NCBI GenBank assembly: GCA_000934665.2
Contig: JYFJ02003629.1
Location: forward strand, 1 to 39,691
From: Catajapyx aquilonaris
Taxonomy: Eukaryota
DNA length: 39,691 bases
Reading direction: 5' to 3'
Both the position numbers and the translations under genes were made by a program. Under the pieces are notes generated by a model. The model saw only the letters and a list, made by a program, of their open reading frames with translations. It did no database searches and was not told where the DNA came from. Positions within the stretch are counted from its first letter, which is position 1, and the number at the start of each line of letters is the position of its first letter. Of the stretch, positions 34,990 through 39,691 are shown piece after piece.

Positions 34990-35784
34990 TTTGCGAATTT
35001 ACAAAAAAAAATCAGCAAACGATGCAAAAATCGTTCTACACAAATGAACCGTAACCACACCGTACAGTATGCAGATAATACACAAAACAAGTTTAACATC
35101 GACATTCGCTATGAAAAATATAATATCAACATTTAATACCGAATTTAACATTTAATTTAAATTATCGCAAAATTTTTGGTGGAATTATCATGGTGTGTTC
35201 GTGCTGCTGTTCTGACGTCACGAGGGCAGTGTTTGGTTGGCTGCTTGTGAAGAACTGTTCTGAAAATGATGCCACGCAATGAGCGCGGGCAATTTCAATG
35301 ACCCGAGAGGGAAATGACTTGTCCTCTCCAGAGTAGTTGCAAGATTAGTTATTTGCAGCGGGCAAAGTTTACTACGGGTATTGCGCACTTGAGTTGCAAC
35401 AATAATGCGGAGCCATGTTGAGCAATGTTGCTTCTTAAACGACACTCCTCATAATTATGTTGTAATGTAGCTTCAATATAAATGTGAAATTTTAAACGTA
35501 TCATTAATAGTTGCAAATCCGGTGTACACTTCGACATAAATCCATAAATCCGGTCACAAAGCCTATAAAGGACATAATTATGGTAATCCCATAAATTCAG
35601 TGTGCACTGTGCAGTACTGTACATTAATAATGGTAAGGTGTAACTTACAGGATTACAATAGCTGGTTATGTAAGGAAGGCTCTTACATATGCAAGTTGTG
35701 AAATGAATAAAATTGATTAAATAATTACTTAATGTAAGCCTTGTTTTATGTGCTAAAAATAATGTAGTCGTATCAAGGAGAACA

Positions 35785-35846
<62 letters not shown>
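35785..35846. repeat. (TAT)n microsatellite
   Basis: Direct inspection. Confidence 0.95.
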
Positions 35847-35847
<1 letters not shown>

Positions 35848-38653
35848 ACTAATATGAAAATCAAGAGGTCACCCTCCAGTCTCTGGTGACGGGCTCGAAT
35901 GAGGAACATAGAGCATTAAAAAATTATCTATCCCACTTCCTTGCACATTATTCTTAGAAATAAAAATTAAATATGGTCAGCAGCATCACAACACGAGTGT
36001 TTAGAACCTTGATCACTTCGTTTCTGCGTAATCTGCGAGTGACCCTTATCGCAACGGGGTTAGACCCCGTTTGTAAGGTGGAATTTGGCCGCACGTTGCA
36101 TAAGCCAAACCACACCAGTAAATACTCGAGTATGTAATGTCAACTATACGATCTGATCAGGGGGAGGGGGAGAGGGGGGGGGGGAGGGAATATCCGTAAT
36201 GATACGTTGCCAAATCGATCATTTCGAAATCTCGATTGGAAATGAGATCACCACACACGCATTGTATTGCAAAGGCGAGAGCTCGTGTTGTTATTTCCTG
36301 GATTGGTCGCAATTGGTTGCTTACATTTATTTATTTTATTTTATTTATTAGTGAACCAGTTAGCAAAATTTGGCAACACTGCCTGGCCCGCCCACACTTG
36401 GACGTAGTGCGATATTCCACTACCAGATGGCGTGAATCCGCGCCTTCTCTGCACACTAACTGCCTCAGGAGGAAACTAAGTATTACATGCACGTTGGTGA
36501 TGAGTCACCGGCGACAAATTTATTTATTTATTGCATATGTAGCTTTGGAAATGATATAAGAAGAAGAATTCTCTGCCAGATTTCCTGCACATTGTGCAAT
36601 TACTTCCCAGCCTCCAGAATAATATTGATATTATTCTTTAAGGACCCATACACCATACACGTGTTTGGTCCAGATTTAGAAGCAAGGCCGTATTTTTGTC
36701 CTAGCTCGTCGAGACTCCATCTGATCGAATTAAATTTCGAAGACGCCACCGTGCATTTATGATCCACGTGATTACACCATGCACAATATGACGGAAGCAT
36801 TTTTGCATCCCATAAAAATTATGTCCCCCCCCCCCNCCCCCCCCCCCCCTTCCCCCCAAAAGAAGAAATCTGCAATTGACACTTTGTTGACAACCGAGGA
36901 AGTTTGGCTGATTTTTTCTTCTTCTGCTTTGCTCCAGTTTATGGTTACCAAGTTCAAGACAGCAGCTGTTTGGGGGAGGGGTTGGGCTGAAGAAGAAGAA
37001 GAAGAACGGGGGGAAAAAAAAGAAAGTCCAAGGAGTGGTCGGAGGGTTGGTTGAAAGAAAAAGGAAAAAAAGGGACACCCCGTGGAGCAAGCACGCGCTC
37101 AGCGGATGATCTCCTTCTTGTCCTTTCTTTTGGCTCGAGACAAACTCGGGAAATATTTTTGTTGCTGGCCAAATACCACGAAATATTTTTTTGCTCAAAA
37201 AAAAATGTTGCCAAGCTCGTTATCTATTCTAGCGTTGAAATCTAGCAAATTTTAAAAATAATGTTTTCAATATTTTCGATCAAATCAATGCAAATTGATT
37301 TTCAATTATTTATCGCATACCTTCTGGACTATGTAAATGATATCTATTGTAGTATCCGGTCCAGTGGCGTATCTAGAAAATGTCATGTGAAGGAAAGGAT
37401 ATACAAGGTTAAAAAAGAGAGAAAAAAACTGGACGTGCTATAATAATAATAATGCATATATTTACCTACTTGTCCCTAGCGTCCTATATGTAGGATGCAT
37501 TTTAATTTCTGTTGCAATTAAAATTTTATGATGGACTATTACTTCTCTAAGTTACGACCTTCAAACGTATGCCTAAATATCACCAGTAGATCAACCTCAA
37601 TTGAAAAAAAATTAATATGCAAAAAATCATGTACATACTTTTTTTCCCTAATAATACATTATTAGGAAAAGTATATGTACATGATAAAAATTACAATAAA
37701 ATCACCAAATTTTTGACTAATTATCTGCCAAATAAGGCACATACCATAAGGGAATTATTGGTGTCTCATATGAAAATGGATCCACGAATAATCGACTCCC
37801 AAAATATATGAAAATGAACATGTGTCCCCAACATTTTGCGGCCGACTGTACACAATCTCAATTGCTATCAGTTCACACAATTTAAAAAAAAAAACACTCC
37901 GGTTGATAACCGGACGCGTGCGCCAACAATGCAACGGGTTGACACTTTGTTTTTTGTCGCCAAAATTCCGGCTTCCATGATCAAACACATGCGGAATAGA
38001 AAAAAAAGAAGAAGATAAGGATCTATAAGAGAAGTGTGGCTTTATGGAGTTAAGATTAGAGTAGGTCCAAGTGGGGTCAAGCCCTGTTCGGGATAATCTC
38101 CGTTTGTAGGGAGCAATGTGGAAAGTGCAAGGGCAAAAGTATGAAGGGTTCAACTCTTATTGCTAAGATGTGGTTAGATACAAAAACGGTGACTATTTCG
38201 AGGGGAACCCAGCTGGAGATAGGCATCTAGGACAAAAAAAAAACTATTGGGAAGTGACCTTCACGGGCAATGTTTTTAGTAACTGCAATATTGTTGTGTA
38301 ATTATTTTGACAGCAATTTGAACCCGGTTATTGTATGATGTCATTATGATAACGATGGTATATCCTGGATTGCTTGAACTCCAGCAACTACATTGTTGGT
38401 AGTGGTCAACACTTTTCTGTTGTGTTATGGAGGCTACTGTACATGACATAATAATGTAGGTGAAAGAGAAGGCTGCTTTGCTGGGGTGGATGGGAGGGTT
38501 TTCTTGGGGGTGGTTGGAGGGGGTCCCTAGGGAGGGTGGGGAGGGGTGGTGCATAAAAGCAAAGAAAAGAGTAGCCCCACTGCCCAGTTGCAGCCAGGAA
38601 TTCTTGTAGAAAGCAACCTTCCTTTTAGATGGCTACAGTTTGCTCTCACCGGT

Positions 38654-38723
38654 CGACCTTTGACCTGTCGGATAACCATCGCTGATTCACAGTTTGTTTG
38701 ATAAACTCGAGAGTATATAAAAG
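38654..38723 (+). promoter_or_regulatory. Proximal promoter of the dawdle-like gene: DR1 nuclear-receptor-like element and TATA box
   Basis: CGACCTTTGACCT (reverse complement AGGTCA-A-AGGTCG) at 38654-38666 and TATATAAAAG at 38714-38723. The ATG is at 38760. Confidence 0.5.
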
Positions 38724-38759
38724 CACAGCGTGGTCTTCATTAAGCCGGCTGTGATAATC

Positions 38760-39321
38760 ATGAATCCTCGTGTAGTGTGCGCGCTTGTCATCCTACTAGT
38801 GGTGTTGCTAGAGTCGACAACCAGCTCGCCAGTGGATCGAGACATGGCCAGAAGAACCAACCGTCACAATATGAGGCACCAGAACAGTCGTCACAAGACG
38901 AGGAGGATTCACCATGATGGTGCTGTTGGCGCACCGGACCCGGACATATGGGACAGCACCCAAGAGAACCGAAGACCAGGCGCTGAAGACGACCCTGAAC
39001 CGACGCTCTCAAGACGACGAACATTCGTGGACGAACCATCGGAAGAAGAAGAAACACCGGAAGACATAGTGTCCATTCCATGTCCCAAGTGCAAAGAGAG
39101 TGACGAGGAGCTGAGGCAACTGAGGATCGACATGATCAAAGAGCAGATACTGATGAAGCTGAGGATGAAGGAGCCACCAAACGCGACACTGACGCCATCG
39201 TCTTTGCCTCTGCCTCTCTTCAAAGGCAGCATCCTTCCAAGAGGAGGAGAAACCCTGGAGAACAAGGATTCAGATGACTTCTACGGAAAGACAGAGCAGG
39301 TCATCGTCTTTCCTGAAGATA
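38760..39321 (+). CDS. daw: Exon 1 of an activin-branch TGF-beta ligand precursor, most like dawdle (gene continues beyond the window)
   Basis: Signal peptide MNPRVVCALVILLVVLLESTTS, then CPKC...LRIDMIKEQILMKLRMKEPP...LPLPLFKG...NKDSDDFYGKTEQVIVFP. This matches the dawdle prodomain pattern (CPKC, LRIE.VK.QIL.KLRL, LP.PIF.G, DD.Y) better than myoglianin. Phase-1 donor A|gtaagt at 39321/39322. Confidence 0.75.
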
Positions 39322-39364
39322 GTAAGTTCATTGAACCTTGAATTTGGAAAGGGGGGTGGAAGTC

Positions 39365-39691
39365 GCTGCGGATTTTCCGCGCGAGATCGCATAAGTTTTC
39401 CTCATTCTCACAATGACGGGGTTTTCCGCGTAGCTTATTGGAAAGCAGGTATTTTCGTCAATGCGGGTTTTCCGTGCGAGATCGCATGGAAACACTAGGT
39501 TTTCCTCATTCTCCTCATTATATATGGTTGTTTGATTTTCCCTTCCTGTTACGGATTGTCCTCGTAGATTATTAGCTGTAGGGAAAGCAGGGGTTTTCCT
39601 CCATGCGGATTTTCCGCACAGGATCGCACGGTGTTTTTCCATTCCATTGCGGTTTTTTCGCAACTGAATATGTACGAGAAAGGATTTTCCC
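39365..39691. repeat. Degenerate repeat rich in GG(A/G)TTTTCC motifs in intron 1 of the dawdle-like gene
   Basis: gcgg(a/g)ttttccg...gatcgca blocks recur near 39368, 39463 and 39605. Confidence 0.65.

Noticed and set aside
35200..38600. Possible additional gene between CCDC152-like and daw
   Set aside because: Only short low-complexity ORFs, homopolymer runs and probable repeat fragments were found. No coherent exon chain could be assembled.
38730..38759. Upstream GTG start for the TGF-beta ORF given in the track
   Set aside because: It is non-ATG and only about 7 nt from the TATA box. ATG 38760 directly precedes the signal peptide.

Overview
Eukaryotic, intron-rich and gene-dense window, most likely from a non-dipteran arthropod. 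That assignment is an inference from the many ~50-70 nt introns, a dawdle-like activin, a Row/POGZ-like gene and CS-alpha-beta peptides. Nine protein-coding genes could be reconstructed by hand from splice signals and frame continuity: YTHDC1 (-), two secreted multi-domain CS-alpha-beta (defensin/toxin-fold) genes (+), a POGZ/ZNF280/Row-family zinc-finger gene (+), MFAP1 (+), an unannotated secreted 206-aa gene (-), DNAJC25 (+), a CCDC152-like gene (-), and exon 1 of a dawdle-like activin/TGF-beta gene (+, running off the window). There are also Harbinger-type MITEs, a non-autonomous Helitron, foldback elements and tandem arrays. The most notable observations are: (1) the 206-aa gene looks like a TGF-beta prodomain 'arm' with no ligand domain, lying about 11 kb from the dawdle-like gene, so it may be a dedicated decoy or chaperone; (2) the POGZ-like protein carries an internal, catalytically altered Merlin/ISXO2 (IS1595-type) transposase domain instead of the vertebrate pogo domain; (3) a two-gene cluster encodes six tandem defensin-fold domains; (4) the long YTHDC1 intron contains candidate cassette and poison exons. 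All homology calls are by motif recognition only; no searches were run.
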